Shown: positions 1-13,164 of the stretch, one piece after another
How the letters are laid out: each line of letters begins with the position of its first letter
Numbering within the stretch: position 1 is the stretch's first letter
Assembly: GCF_001194135.2 (NCBI RefSeq)
Contig: NC_068982.1
Coordinates: forward strand, 149,412,055-149,476,054
Origin: Octopus bimaculoides
Taxonomy: Eukaryota
DNA: 64,000 bases
Reading direction: 5' to 3'
The notes under the pieces: model-generated
Told to the model about the DNA's origin: nothing
The model's database searches: none
The model's input: only the letters and a program-made list of their open reading frames with translations
Program-made: the position numbers and the translations under genes

Positions 1-1369
1 GGGGAGTGCGTTGTATAAACACATACACACACACACACACACAGACACACTCATACATTTATTATCCTTGTTATTGTCATAATGTAGAAGAACGAAATGT
101 GTGAGGGAATAAATATTGAAGCAATAGCTTAAACAGTGGATTATGAATTCATATGTGTTGCGCACTGGTGAGTCTTGTTGTGTTTATGAGAAGAATACTT
201 AATTCCACATGCCATGCCCTCAGTTCGTTGAGTGGTGGGGGAAAGGGAAGTATCAAATTATTGCTATAATTTTACTTCTGATAGTCCTATCCATGGGAGA
301 CTCATTTTTCATGTACCTAAAGCTATTAAATCTAGAATTACACACTGCCTTTATACGCTAGTATGGTTTGTGAAAACATTTAGTATTTCTATTGTACAGC
401 ACTAGTTTGTAATGGCAATAATGGTTTGTTTTTGTTTATTCTTTGATATTGGAAAATGATCAGAGTAAAGAATACATTTCTCAGAAATTGTTATAATCAT
501 GCAAATGTTAATGAACAATGGTTAGACTAATGTACTTGTCAATATTATCACAGAGCAACACATATATACATCATTTAAAGACAAGTCACAACTGGTTGAT
601 ATATTTGTGCATCAGCCTAGCATTCAAAAGGTCAACTGTTCACACTTCATCACTAGTGTTGTATTGTGTCTATATACAAGATGTTTAAAGCTAGTTGACT
701 CGACAGCAGTTCTGCATGTATAATAATGACCAAGTTCTTCATTGACCTATAGAACTAAGCTCAAATAGGTTAGTAAGAAACTCTTTTGAAATTAATGCAG
801 CTGATTGAACATTGATGAGCTTTATCAACTGATGTTGCTCGAGAAACACATTTGAAATAAATAAATAGCATTTTCTTTTTAACAAAAGTACAAAAGATCT
901 GTGTTTTAAGAGGGAAGGGGAAAATAGAAGGGTTTGACATTAATACTTTTCTGAATGACAATAATAGTTGCCTTTAACTGGGAAGTGAAATGGTTTGGCA
1001 GTTCATGCTTGTTACTAACTTAACATTTGATCTATAGCAGACTTGACCAGCATTTTTCTAACAGCAGGCCTTACCAAATGCTACAGATCATAAATTGCAT
1101 TACACCACTAAATGAATAATTTAACAAATCAAATGCAATATAGTGTACCCCATACATAGCACATGCTAGAGGTTTTGAGATTTATTAAGAGAGGCATTTA
1201 TAACTGTCCCAGATTGTTGTAATTCTAATATTCCATTCCTGTACAAGTAATAAGCTGACCTGCCAACTTCTGCTATTCCAGATTGAAGGAGACAGCTGTA
1301 GCATCACTTTGAACACATCCTACTAAACACTGCTTGTCACAGCTGACTAGTTTGCAGAATGCAGTGAAG

Positions 1370-2044
1370 ACATGAAGATAGTTTGGAAGCTTGTTATGCA
1401 ATAAAGTTTTGTTAAACTAGGAAAAAATGCTGCAGAAACTTATGAAATGCTCCAGACTGATAATGCATCAACTTTTCCATTGGTACAAGAAGTTCAAGGA
1501 CTGTAAAGAGGGAGTGAGAGACAATAAAATGTGTGGAAGGAAGAGGGGTGTCAGGACATCGGAGCTGGATGTGAAAATACACAATTTTCTGGATGAAGAC
1601 CGTTGTGTGTCTATAAAAACAATAAGCATACAGTTTGGTGTTGGTGACGCAAATTTAAACAGAATAATTCAGGAAGATCTGAGCATATGTAAAATTTATG
1701 CTAAGTTTGTTCCCAAGGTACTCAGTAACGAGCACCCTGGTAAACTAAATACTTGACAGAGATGGGCATTATAACTGTCCCTCATCCTCCGTACAGTCCA
1801 GACTTTGCTCTCTGTGGCTTTTGGTTGTTCCCTAAGTTGAAGCATGTCAGGGGCAATCATTTTAAAGATGAAGGAGACTGTCACAAGAGTCTTGGACTTT
1901 GGAGGACTTCTATAGGGCCTCCAGGAAATGCCTGGAGTGTGACAAGTGCATTGAAGTCAGAGGAGATTAGAATTTTGTATTTGTTTGAAATTAATGAATG
2001 TCTCTGCTGAAAAAGTTTGAAAACTTTTGAAATGGACCTTGTAT
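1370..2044 (+). mobile_element. Mariner (Mos1/SETMAR-like) transposase fossil, internally deleted
   Basis: Translates to YAIKF..KLGKNAAETYEMLQ, FHWYKKFKD..IYAKFVPKVLS, then jumps to HPPYSPDFALCGFWLFPKLK. The catalytic middle is missing and there are frameshifts. Candidate right TIR ...ttttgaaatggaccttg|ta near 2044. Confidence 0.85.
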
Positions 2045-3117
2045 ATAAACAAATCATAATGATTCGAGTCAGAGAAAACATGAGGGAAAAAAGAAGAAGA
2101 AAAGAAACTGTTCAAATTGACAGAACCTGACTTAAAGATTATATTTCAAATTTTAAAGAAAAAGTTTTTATGTTTATATAGTTATGACATATCTTTCATT
2201 CAGAAAGAAATCGTAAAGAACTGCATCCAGCCAAAGTGTGACAGATTTTCAATACCTGCACTGAAGTATTCACATGTTAAATAAATGTTAGTTTCACTTT
2301 GTTGAGGTACAAAGTCCATGAGAGCAGCAAAGTTGTAAGGTTATTAATCATAATGCCTTTCTCAAAATCATTAGCAACACAAAGTAAAGTGAAATGAATT
2401 CAACCAGGAAGGAAAACTAAACTAGCAAGAGAACTCTTATACAAACACCCAGCCTGTGAGAAACAGCAGTCAAGTCTCCCTCAAATCACATTTTAAAGTC
2501 TTCAAAATGGAGGGATATATCAGTAATTTGTTCAAGACATATAATGAAGTTTGAAAATAAGGAGAATGACTATGGCAAGAAATTTTAATCAGGGTTGACC
2601 TGTAGTTAATCATCAGCAGCAAGAACAACAGTCACACTCTCAGTTTATTGTGAATTTATCCCTTACTTTAATGCAAGGACAAACATATCTTGATTGGTTT
2701 AATGAGTGAATGATTGTTTGAATGTTTGAAACCAAGTGGCTGCTCAGAGAGTAGTTTAGGCAAGCAAATGTCGTTTACAGTTGCTTGAGATCGAACAATG
2801 CCTTGTAAATAGAGTTTAATAGATCCAGGCTGTGATGAGGCCCATTGTGCATATGCATGTTCTCTTCTGTTTTTAATTATCTAAAATATTCCTCTGAGGA
2901 AGGAGCTGATTTCTAACAAAGATACAAAGCTCCATCCTTGGAATGTAGATAACAAAAAGAATGTCACATTTTAAACTTAAGAAAAGTCTTGCATGTTTTT
3001 ACTCTTCCATTTACAGATTGTATTTGTAATGTGTGAGTTAGTTGATTTCTTTTTCTGAAAATCCAAGCTTAACCAGACTGACAGCTATTTACTCACAATA
3101 CAAGTGTACTAATTATT

Positions 3118-3329
3118 CTTTTCTACTCTAGGCACAAGGCCCGAAATTTTGGGGGAGGAGTCCAGTCAATTAGATCAACCCCAGTACACAACTAGTACTT
3201 AATTTATCAACCCTGAAAGGATGAAAGGCAAAGTCGACCTCAGCGGAATTTGAACTCAGAACATAAGACAGATGAAATACCGCTAACTGTTTCGCCCAGT
3301 GTGCTAACGTTTCTGCCAGCTCGCCACCT
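3118..3329 (-). mobile_element. SINE family A copy (head ggcgagctggcagaaacgttagcac...)
   Basis: Flanked by a perfect 16-bp TSD aagtgtactaattatt (3102-3117 and 3330-3345). The same family recurs at 19002, 42170, 43115 and 59565. Confidence 0.85.
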
Positions 3330-4466
3330 AAGTGTACTAATTATTGTTGGCATAAATGTAAGTTTGTAATCTGGATATAGAAGCTAGAGGTTTTGAAGCA
3401 ATTGTCCATAGCTAACCTCTTTCTCTTTGATTTTCAAAGAGATTTTCACATCAGCAGGACAGCTGAACTCTATGACAATACACACTTTTTCTTGTCTGTG
3501 TTAAACAACAATATCTGGCCTATTATGCTTACACTTGACAGATGTATTGATGGTAATGTTCAACCAGTATTTCTTGTGCTGATGTTTGTGTAGTAAGTCT
3601 TGAGTATGACAATAAACTGCATCCAGTGGTGAGGCTCCAGTTCAGGAATTCTAGAGTTTTGAGGAACATGGAGTCACCTCTTAATTATCATTACTCCAAG
3701 GTCCATTCTAACCTGGAATGGTAGTACATGTCCGGGTTCCATCAATGAGTTAAACAAATTTCCAATAGGTAGGGAGGCTCCTCTTATTTTTGACAAAGCT
3801 GTGGAGAAGGTAACTCTTCTAAGAGAAAGACACTCTGACATAAAATATGCAGTCAAAATAATAGCAGTCATCTTGCAATGCTTATACTGGAATCTACAAT
3901 GGAGACTGAGAGAGTAACAAAAGTGTTGTACAAGCTGTTGTCATTTACATCCAATGACATACAGATGTCTCACTACCATTTGAATGTGAGACAGCTTTCA
4001 TCTGACAAGACGAGGCAATCATTATGTATGCACGCACCCTTGAATATATGCATGCTCTTGCATATATACATGTATGTAGGTATGTGTATTTATATATATA
4101 TGTATGTATGTGTGCATGTGTTTGTGTATATATATATATGTGCATGTGCATGCATTCTCTCTTTTTATTTATAAGAATTCTACCTAGAAAGAGTGAAATG
4201 TTCTTTCAATAAAGAATTAAAAGCTCCATCAATGGAATTTGAATATGTGCAATGATAACTGTGACATATTGAACGTTAGGAAAGTTTTGCATAGTTTTAT
4301 TGTTTCACTTATGGCTTATATCTGTGAGATATATGTTAACCAGTATCTTCCTGAACCCAAAGTGCTAGCTTTTTAAGGTTGTTGTTTGATCATTTGCAAT
4401 ATTTATACCAGTAATCACTGTTGCACTGTGATTACTGGTATAAATGTGAATTTATAAACAACAACC

Positions 4467-5071
4467 AAGACCTTTGGAGATATGCCTATGCTAGTGTTGC
4501 ATAACCTGTTCATTTAAGAGTACCTTTAATCATTGGGCAATACACTGTGTTTGAGAAGACCTGCTGAGTCAAGTGAAATCATTGTCGTGGCCGGTGCCAG
4601 TACCGCCTGACTGGCACCTATGCTGGTGACATGTAAAAAGCACCATTTGAGCATGGTCAATGCCAATCCCACCGGACTGGCTCCTGAGCCAGTGGCACAT
4701 AAAATGCACCATATGAACGTGGTCAATGCCAGTGCCACCTGACTGGTCCCATGCTGGTAGCACAAACAAGCACCATTCAAGCGTGGTCCTTGCTAGTGCC
4801 ACCTGACTGGCTCCCATGCTGGTAGCAAGTAAAAAGCAACATTCGAGTATGGTTGGTGCCAGTGCCACCTGACTGGCCCCTGTGTTGATGGCATGTAAAA
4901 AGCACCCACTACACTCTCAGAGTAGTTGGCATTAGGAAGGGCATCCAGCTGTAGAAACCTTGCCTGATCAGATTGGAGCCTGGTGCAGCCTCCTGGTTTG
5001 CCAGTCCTCAGTCAAGCTGTCCAACCTATGCCAGCATGGAAAGCGGACAATAAATGATGATGATGATGATG
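4467..5071 (+). mobile_element. RTE-LINE 3' end with ~60-bp tandem stem-loop units and (GAT)n tail
   Basis: Matches the sequence downstream of the RTE ORF2 C-terminus at 26380-26980. About 5 tandem units precede the common aagcacccactacactctc...ttaaacgatgatgat terminus. Confidence 0.85.
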
Positions 5072-5514
5072 AGGTGGAGAAGTTTCCAGTTTCAAAGCAG
5101 TTATCCATAAACAGTCTCCTTCTCATAAGCTTTGGAAGAAATATTCACATCTGCTGACTTTCGTTTTCTATCCTAAATAACTATATCAGTTAAGTTTGCA
5201 CTTGGTGGGAGTTTTGATGGGAATTCTCTACCAATATTCCTTGTATTGACATATATTCAATAGCTGAAGTATCATTTATATTTATCTCAGAACTGGCTTT
5301 CCTGGGGATGACATTGTGTATTGTTTCCATAAGAACATGTTGTAATGAGGTAGCTGTAGTACCTTAATAGCAATGTTTGAGCAGCTGCTGATTGCATATG
5401 TTATGTCCTCTACAGAAAAGTGACACTGTCAACATCTGTAGTTGAATCTTGGGAATTTAAAGGTATGTGTGTGTATGTATGTGCGTGTCAGAGAGAAAGT
5501 AGGTGTGTATGTGT

Positions 5515-5558
<44 letters not shown>

Positions 5559-6464
5559 ATCCATCCATGTGTGTGTATGTGTCCGTCCATGTATGTGTGT
5601 CTATAGATCCAGCACAGGGATCAATCTTCTAAATTGATAGCAGTAGAGTAGATAAATTGATTAAGAAAATGAAGCCACAAAAGCACCAAGTCCATCAGAT
5701 ACCATTGCTGAGATGCTGGAAATGCCTAGCAGGTTAGGTCATGTATATTTAACCATGTAGTACGGGTGCAGTTGTATCATTGTTAGCTGCAACAAAAGTA
5801 AAGAGAAGCTTTAGAAAAAGAGAAAATTAGAGACATTAAGAGTTGATTGACCAGGTTATGAAAGTCACTAATATATGTCTCACAGGTTCAAGTCCTATAG
5901 CCATTTGCTGGCAACTATCTTCCATCTTATAATGGGTAAAATACCCAATCTTTCTGCTGTTTTTACAGTTATACTGTATTCAAAAGCCCAACATGACCAC
6001 AGCCTTAGGACTGAAACATATAAAAGAATAAAAGAATATAAGCAAAATTTAGGCTAGTTGAAATATGTTTGTGACATATTTCAACTGCTAAAAGTTAAAT
6101 ACACTGCAGTTACCATGGAGAATATATCACTCTTATGGTAAAAAGGTGTGAAAACACCCAATTCATTCAGTGTCACTATCTATTAGGAATCTCAGACATT
6201 GATGTTTCAAGCTTCTTGGGTCTTAATGAAATTTACCTAAGCGATGATTCTTTATAACGATAATTATATATCACACACAGATGGGACAACGCAGGACATT
6301 AAAAACAAATAGTGTATTTATGAGTTTGTTTTTTAAAGTGGTTTTAAAAATATAATGATGAATATTATATTTTAAAAATTTACAAGTTTTACATGTTTAC
6401 ACTTGGCCATGAAGCCCAACGGCTATACCATACTTTTTTTTACCATGGATGAGATTAAGTAGGG

Positions 6465-6945
6465 TCATTCACACCCAACTTCCTTGCCACATCCTTCCAT
6501 CTTTTCCAGAATATACTTCACAACAGGTGTCTCCTCTTCAGCCCCATCTTGCTCTTCAGATCATACCTGAAGTAATATAGCAAACCAGGGCTGGAGATGA
6601 AAATTCCCATCATGATTCCTTTCATTCTAGTTTTCCATATACACTCTTTCAATACTGTGACTGTGCATAAAAACATGCCCCAGCTTCCTTTGATAGTCCA
6701 GGTGGCAGTACAATCTCAGTCATGGACTCAGTAGACAGCTGTAATCTTCCTAGGATGCAGCTGTAAACAGCACTGCAGAGCATTCAAAGAGGGTGAAACT
6801 TGTCAAAAAGAGGGGCCTAGAAAAGCATAGATTGAAGTAGGGAAAACTAACAAAAATAGATGATTAAGGGCTACATATATTGGAGACATATTGTGATTAA
6901 GAAAACCTGTACATTGGTGCAATGGAAGAAGTGTTGGACACCATC
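6465..6945 (-). mobile_element. L1/Tx1-like LINE ORF2 C-terminal fossil
   Basis: Frameshifted minus-strand translation VQHFFHC...LPPGLSKEAGACF..VLKECIWKTRMKG..YYFRYDLKSK..RWKDVAR resembles Tx1 ORF2 ends. Confidence 0.6.
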
Positions 6946-7000
6946 ACACACACATATGTACATACACACACACACGCATGTACGCATGCACGCACGCACG

Positions 7001-7034
<34 letters not shown>

Positions 7035-7036
<2 letters not shown>

Positions 7037-7615
7037 GGATGTTTGGGCTAAATTTGACAGTACATAAATAAAACACAATATCTCAACCAACAATAAAAGT
7101 ATTTTTAAAAATCAAAAAACATCAGTTAGATTATAGTTGGAAGATAACAGGTTATTCAAAGTAACCACTGTCATCTTCCTCCATAGTCTCAAAACAGCTC
7201 TGGAAACTGTCACATACATCCCTCATTGTATCCCTAGGAAGATTTTTCAAACACTGCCTTGATCTTGGCCACCAGCTTGGCCTTAGTGCTGCAAGAAGCG
7301 CAGTTGGTGTCTTTCTCAGCCCCATCTCACATATAGTAATCGATGTGATTACTATTGGGCAAATTAGGAGACCAGAAACTTGATACTGGTGAAGTCATAG
7401 GAATTCTTCAACAACCACTTTTAAACTATTTCCAGAGATATGGTAAGGAACCAAATTTTGCTACCACAAGTATGGCCTTCCATCCAAGGTTTAACCAGTC
7501 TCCAGCAGCTTCACATAACTGTCTGAGCTGAGCCTAAGGCCCTGTGCAAAGATGTGAGGTGGCATAACATCACCTTCACTGGAGTCACACCCAAAGACCA
7601 TAGCTTTATAGTTTT
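7035..7615 (-). mobile_element. DD37D/maT-like transposase C-terminal fossil with right terminus
   Basis: Minus-strand translation MVFGCDSSEGDVMPPHIFAQGLRL..FWSPNLPNSNHIDYY..KDTNCAS..TKAKLVAKIKAVFE..SGYFE*. Candidate TIR caggatgtttgggctaaatttgacag at 7035. Confidence 0.75.
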
Positions 7616-8687
7616 CACCTGCAGCTATCCATGTTATGTCTTATAGCTTTCATAGTATTCACAGAGCATTGAATAGTAGTCATGGTATCATTATTTTGAT
7701 AACAAGTGTGAAGCATTATGATATACAGGCAACTGCTTTCCAATATTCAGATGACTTCCAGGCTTCCATATCAGCTATCTTTTTCACAATGTCAACTTTA
7801 ATCTTTACACTCTCCAACGCCATTGACTGTTCACTAATACATCAAGCTGTTTCTGAAAAAAGGAGACACACAAAATCATCAAATTTTTGCCTGAACATTT
7901 TGCATGTACATATATTGCATTCTTAATATATCCCTGATCATCATTCCTCTGCTTACACCTTACATTTTTTACACCTTCTCATCTCTCAATCACTTATCTC
8001 TCTGCCATTCATCTATATCTCTCATCACCCCATCCTTTCCACTCCTCTGCTAACCCAGTTTGTATTATCATTCCCCTCTCCTCTATTCACTTCCTTTTGG
8101 ACATAACTGCCTTGAACAGAGATAATACATGGTTCACAGGACCTTTTAGTCTTGTTGTAGACATGACATATCTAATGTTGGTACCTTGATAAAAAGTTTA
8201 CCATACACTCTGTAAAGTTACTGGTATCAGAAAGGGAATCCAGCCATAGAATCCATGCCAATGTTGGAATGTATGAACAAAGATGATCCTCCAGCCCAGC
8301 TGAGAATGCAATAATTCTTAATGAGAACTTATTAGGACTGTGACAACCCATCCAATCCATGCCAATGAGAAAATCCGACATGAAATAAAAATAATACATG
8401 TGTATATGTATGTAAGTGCATGTGTATGTGTGCATATATGTGAGTGTGTGTCCAAGCCTGTGTTTGTATATAAGTGTATATCAGTGTATTGAGTTGCATC
8501 CCTTTACACCAGAAATGAATTTAAACCTTAGTCAGTCAATCAATTGAAATCAATAACCTGGGTACCAGCCTGCAATAAGTACTGGGATTGATATTAACAA
8601 AATCCCTTAAAAGACATTGCTGTAGCATTCGCTACAATCCAATGGCTGAAACTAGCAAATGACTATAAGAATAGGAGAATATCCACC

Positions 8688-8740
<53 letters not shown>

Positions 8741-8747
8741 CTACATA

Positions 8748-8796
<49 letters not shown>

Positions 8797-9396
8797 ACAC
8801 ACTCACACACACACACACACACATAAATATTTGCTTTTTATTCTATAACCCATGCTAGCATGGAAAGCGGACTTTAAACAATGATGATGATGATGATGAT
8901 GATGATGTTGAGTGCTAATGAATCTCCCATCTCCAACTTGCATTACTAATTGCAATTTATATAATTGCCATCCTATCTTATATGTTATTTGGATGGTTTC
9001 CACCCTGAAATGGAAAAATCCACTGTTTCCTATACTCGTTTATCAAATATTTATATTACGTTCTGTATGCTAATAATAACAAGGAAAAAATAAATACCTA
9101 TCTATTCAGAAAGAGAAGGAGGACAGAAAGAGAGAGAGAGAGGCTGAATGGGAGAGAGAAAGATTTAGAGTATAATAGATAATAGATGGATTACGGGTGA
9201 ATGTCACAATAGTCAGAGTGGATTTACATAAGAAACTAACGTGAACAAAAATAACAAAACATGAAAGAAAATACATGTTGCACATCTATATAAAAGCATA
9301 CATGGAAAGGCATCAAATACATAGAAGCATACATAGATACATATACATACATACATGCATATATACATATATACATACATATATACAAATGCATCA

Positions 9397-11071
9397 NNNN
9401 NNNNNNNNNNNNNNNNNNNNNNNNNNNNNNNNNNNNNNNNNNNNNNNNNNNNNNNNNNNNNNNNNNNNNNNNNNNNNNNNNNNNNNNNNNNNNNNNNNNN
9501 NNNNNNNNNNNNNNNNNNNNNNNNNNNNNNNNNNNNNNNNNNNNNNNNNNNNNNNNNNNNNNNNNNNNNNNNNNNNNNNNNNNNNNNNNNNNNNNNNNNN
9601 NNNNNNNNNNNNNNNNNNNNNNNNNNNNNNNNNNNNNNNNNNNNNNNNNNNNNNNNNNNNNNNNNNNNNNNNNNNNNNNNNNNNNNNNNNNNNNNNNNNN
9701 NNNNNNNNNNNNNNNNNNNNNNNNNNNNNNNNNNNNNNNNNNNNNNNNNNNNNNNNNNNNNNNNNNNNNNNNNNNNNNNNNNNNNNNNNNNNNNNNNNNN
9801 NNNNNNNNNNNNNNNNNNNNNNNNNNNNNNNNNNNNNNNNNNNNNNNNNNNNNNNNNNNNNNNNNNNNNNNNNNNNNNNNNNNNNNNNNNNNNNNNNNNN
9901 NNNNNNNNNNNNNNNNNNNNNNNNNNNNNNNNNNNNNNNNNNNNNNNNNNNNNNNNNNNNNNNNNNNNNNNNNNNNNNNNNNNNNNNNNNNNNNNNNNNN
10001 NNNNNNNNNNNNNNNNNNNNNNNNNNNNNNNNNNNNNNNNNNNNNNNNNNNNNNNNNNNNNNNNNNNNNNNNNNNNNNNNNNNNNNNNNNNNNNNNNNNN
10101 NNNNNNNNNNNNNNNNNNNNNNNNNNNNNNNNNNNNNNNNNNNNNNNNNNNNNNNNNNNNNNNNNNNNNNNNNNNNNNNNNNNNNNNNNNNNNNNNNNNN
10201 NNNNNNNNNNNNNNNNNNNNNNNNNNNNNNNNNNNNNNNNNNNNNNNNNNNNNNNNGCATACATATACATTGCTAGCACAGAAGATGGATGTTGATGATG
10301 ATATATATATGTATATAAACATGGTCACATACACACATACATGCACACACACATATATAAACATAAAATACACATATATACACATATATAAACATAGAAT
10401 AAACAAGATAAACGAAAAGAATCTTTCCAAAGTCTGATAATATTTTATGTATTTTATTATTGCTATCATCATTATTTTATTTTATAATCATTGTATATTT
10501 TTCTTGCTATTANNNNNNNNNNNNNNNNNNNNNNNNNNNNNNNNNNNNNNNNNNNNNNNNNNNNNNNNNNNNNNNNNNNNNNNNNNNNNNNNNNNNNNNN
10601 NNNNNNNNNNNNNNNNNNNNNNNNNNNNNNNNNNNNNNNNNNNNNNNNNNNNNNNNNNNNNNNNNNNNNNNNNNNNNNNNNNNNNNNNNNNNNNNNNNNN
10701 NNNNNNNNNNNNNNNNNNNNNNNNNNNNNNNNNNNNNNNNNNNNNNNNNNNNNNNNNNNNNNNNNNNNNNNNNNNNNNNNNNNNNNNNNNNNNNNNNNNN
10801 NNNNNNNNNNNNNNNNNNNNNNNNNNNNNNNNNNNNNNNNNNNNNNNNNNNNNNNNNNNNNNNNNNNNNNNNNNNNNNNNNNNNNNNNNNNNNNNNNNNN
10901 NNNNNNNNNNNNNNNNNNNNNNNNNNNNNNNNNNNNNNNNNNNNNNNNNNNNNNNNNNNNNNNNNNNNNNNNNNNNNNNNNNNNNNNNNNNNNNNNNNNN
11001 NNNNNNNNNNNNNNNNNNNNNNNNNNNNNNNNNNNNNNNNNNNNNNNNNNNNNNNNNNNNNNNNNNNNNNN
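9397..11071. other. Two assembly gaps (9397-10256 and ~10513-11071)
   Basis: N-runs flanked by simple repeats. Other gaps are at 14057, 15607, 19335, 21797, 31315, 34001, 39327, 44481, 50662 and 62759. Confidence 0.99.
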
Positions 11072-11161
11072 NGTTATTATGTATGTATTTATTTTGAAAT
11101 AGATAAAAAAATAAATAAAACCAATTTCTTTAAAACATTCATTGTTGTTTCTTCCTCTCTC

Positions 11162-11204
<43 letters not shown>

Positions 11205-11779
11205 CACACACTCTCTCTCTCTCTTCTTTTCTATATGCAATACTACAAAAATTTCTCAATAATTTTCAATATGCTGTAGAATTGTTGTCAATAAGCACCT
11301 GACTATAACGAGGTTTAAAACTCATTAATATGAGCTATTTGTATCTCATCAGCCATCATTTCATTTAGCCTCAATCAAGGTAAAATTTACGATGAAAAAT
11401 GCAAGTGCTTCTGATAACTCTTTGGTGGTGAAAACATCACTTGAGATACTTAATTTAAGACATCCAAATATCATATTGTGCATAGAATCAAATAATTAAC
11501 ATAAACACTTTCAGTGTATATGTGTTTGTATGTACCTTTGTCTTTATGTGTTCTTGTGTGATTTTTCATTGTTTTATGAGTAATTTTGAAGCATTCAAAA
11601 TCCATAATCTGTAGATGCACAGCAAGAATCAGTCTTCTCTTCCATTGTTCCTTGTCACCAGCAAAACCTCAGCATATTGAAACAACCCACTTCATGATCT
11701 TCCATATCCTCTATGTATGTATGTATTTTTTTAATGCATTTCAGCCAAGTGGCTGCGGTCATGCTGGAGCACCACCATG

Positions 11780-12010
11780 ACTTTCCCTCCTTATGTTGTG
11801 CTCTCTGCACATTCCTTGCATGGCTCTTCTCCGCCAGCTGATATAGTCCAATCAAAACTTTCGATGGCACATCTGGTGCATAAGAGAATTTGACATCGGT
11901 GCCCTCAACTGTGTCTCATTTCGAGTCATCGGTTTGTCTGGTATTGTGGATAGGAAAGTGTCGAGTTTTGTTTTGAAGACATCTACATCCATGTCTTGCA
12001 GGTCTTGTTA
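11780..12010 (-). mobile_element. CR1-clade LINE ORF2 extreme C-terminus and 3' UTR
   Basis: Minus-strand translation DLQDMDVDVFKTKLDTFLSTIPDKP..RAPMSNSLMHQ matches the typical CR1 ending FK..LD.FL..VPDEP. Confidence 0.75.
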
Positions 12011-12029
12011 ACAGCCTGTTATTTGCATT

Positions 12030-12315
12030 TGTATTTGTGTACCATTTCTCCGTTCTTTTTGCTGTCCTTGTTTTCGTATACATTCACTTCTTTCTACCAA
12101 GGAATCTAGTGCTCTTAGCTTAGTTTTTCCTTGGGGATGGATAGATTGGAGTAATCTCATGGATAACCAGCCGAAATTGCAAAGATATTCTGGAACTCGA
12201 CTGAGGAAAGAAAACTACAAATGACCCGTCCTTGTTTTTCTTGTCCCTTTTTTGTATCATCTAACTGACTGGATGTTTTGTGTTCTTGTCCCATTTTTTG
12301 TATTCCTTTATATAT
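12030..12315. repeat. Unclassified interspersed repeat abutting the CR1 tail
   Basis: Non-coding segment with T-rich ttgtcc tracts, similar in layout to the repeats at 21600 and 32000. Only one copy is in this window. Confidence 0.4.
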
Positions 12316-12842
12316 TCATCGTCGTCGTCGTTTAACGTCCGCTGTCCATGCTAGCATGGGTTGGACGATTTAACTGAGGACTGGTGAAACCAGATGGCTA
12401 CACCAGGCTCCAATCTGATTTGGCAGAGTTTCTACAGCTGGATGCCCTTCCTAACGCCAACCACTCAGAGAGTGTAGTGGGTGCTTTTACGTGTCACCCA
12501 CACAAAGGCCAGTCAGGCGGCACTGGCAACGGCCACGCTCAAAATGATGCATTTCATGTGCCGCCCACACAAGAGCCAGTCCAGGGGCACTGGCAACGAT
12601 CTCGATCGAAAATCCCACAAAGTCCAGCCAGGCGGCACTGGCAACGGTCACGCTCAAATGGTGCATTTCATGTGTCACCCACACAAGAGCCAGTCCAGGG
12701 GTACCGGCAACGATCTCGCTCGAAAAATTTCATGTGTCGCCCGCACATGAGCTAGTCCAGGGGCATCGGCAACGATCTCGCTCGAAAATTCTATGGCGGC
12801 CCCACACAAGAGCCAGTTCAGGGGCACTGGCAACGATCTCGC
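12316..12842 (-). mobile_element. RTE-LINE 3' UTR copy with tandem units
   Basis: Starts with catcgtcgtcgtcgtttaacgtccgc. Contains repeated cacacaagagccagtccaggggcactggcaacgatctcg units and retains its CpGs, suggesting a young copy. Confidence 0.85.
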
Positions 12843-12894
12843 ATATATATATATATAAAAGGACAAGATGTCCTTATTACATCAATATTATTTA

Positions 12895-13075
12895 TTTTTT
12901 CTTTTACTCTTTTATTTGTTTCAGCCATTGGGCTACAGCTATGCTGGAGCAACACTATGAAGGGTTCAGTGAAACAAGTCAACTCTATGTACTTATTCTT
13001 TTTAAATATAGCACTTATTCTATTAATAACTTTTGCTGAACTGCTAAGTTACATGGATGTAACTAAACTAACAGC
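12895..13075 (-). mobile_element. SINE family B, diverged 3' part
   Basis: Homologous to the 3' ends at 19410-19585 and 62500-62700. Confidence 0.6.
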
Positions 13076-13164
13076 AATTTTCAAGATATGTAAACAAGTA
13101 CTTGTATATGCATGCACACATACACACATGCACACATGTACATATACATTCATTTATGTATATA

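Noticed and set aside
1427-1756. Functional SETMAR or mariner gene
   Set aside because: The catalytic region is deleted, frameshifts are present and there is no SET domain.
4580-4910. CRISPR-like array of palindromic repeats, also at 12500-12842 and 28900-29165
   Set aside because: The units are contiguous, lack unique spacers and lie in a LINE 3' UTR of a eukaryote. No cas genes are present.
5985-6050. Strong-looking minus-strand splice acceptor near 6011
   Set aside because: It is the A-rich 3' tail of a family B SINE.
9213-11302. Long ORFs of 200-420 aa, also at 15503-16494, 39067-40357 and 50617-51169
   Set aside because: They are mostly X residues from N-gaps plus microsatellite translation.
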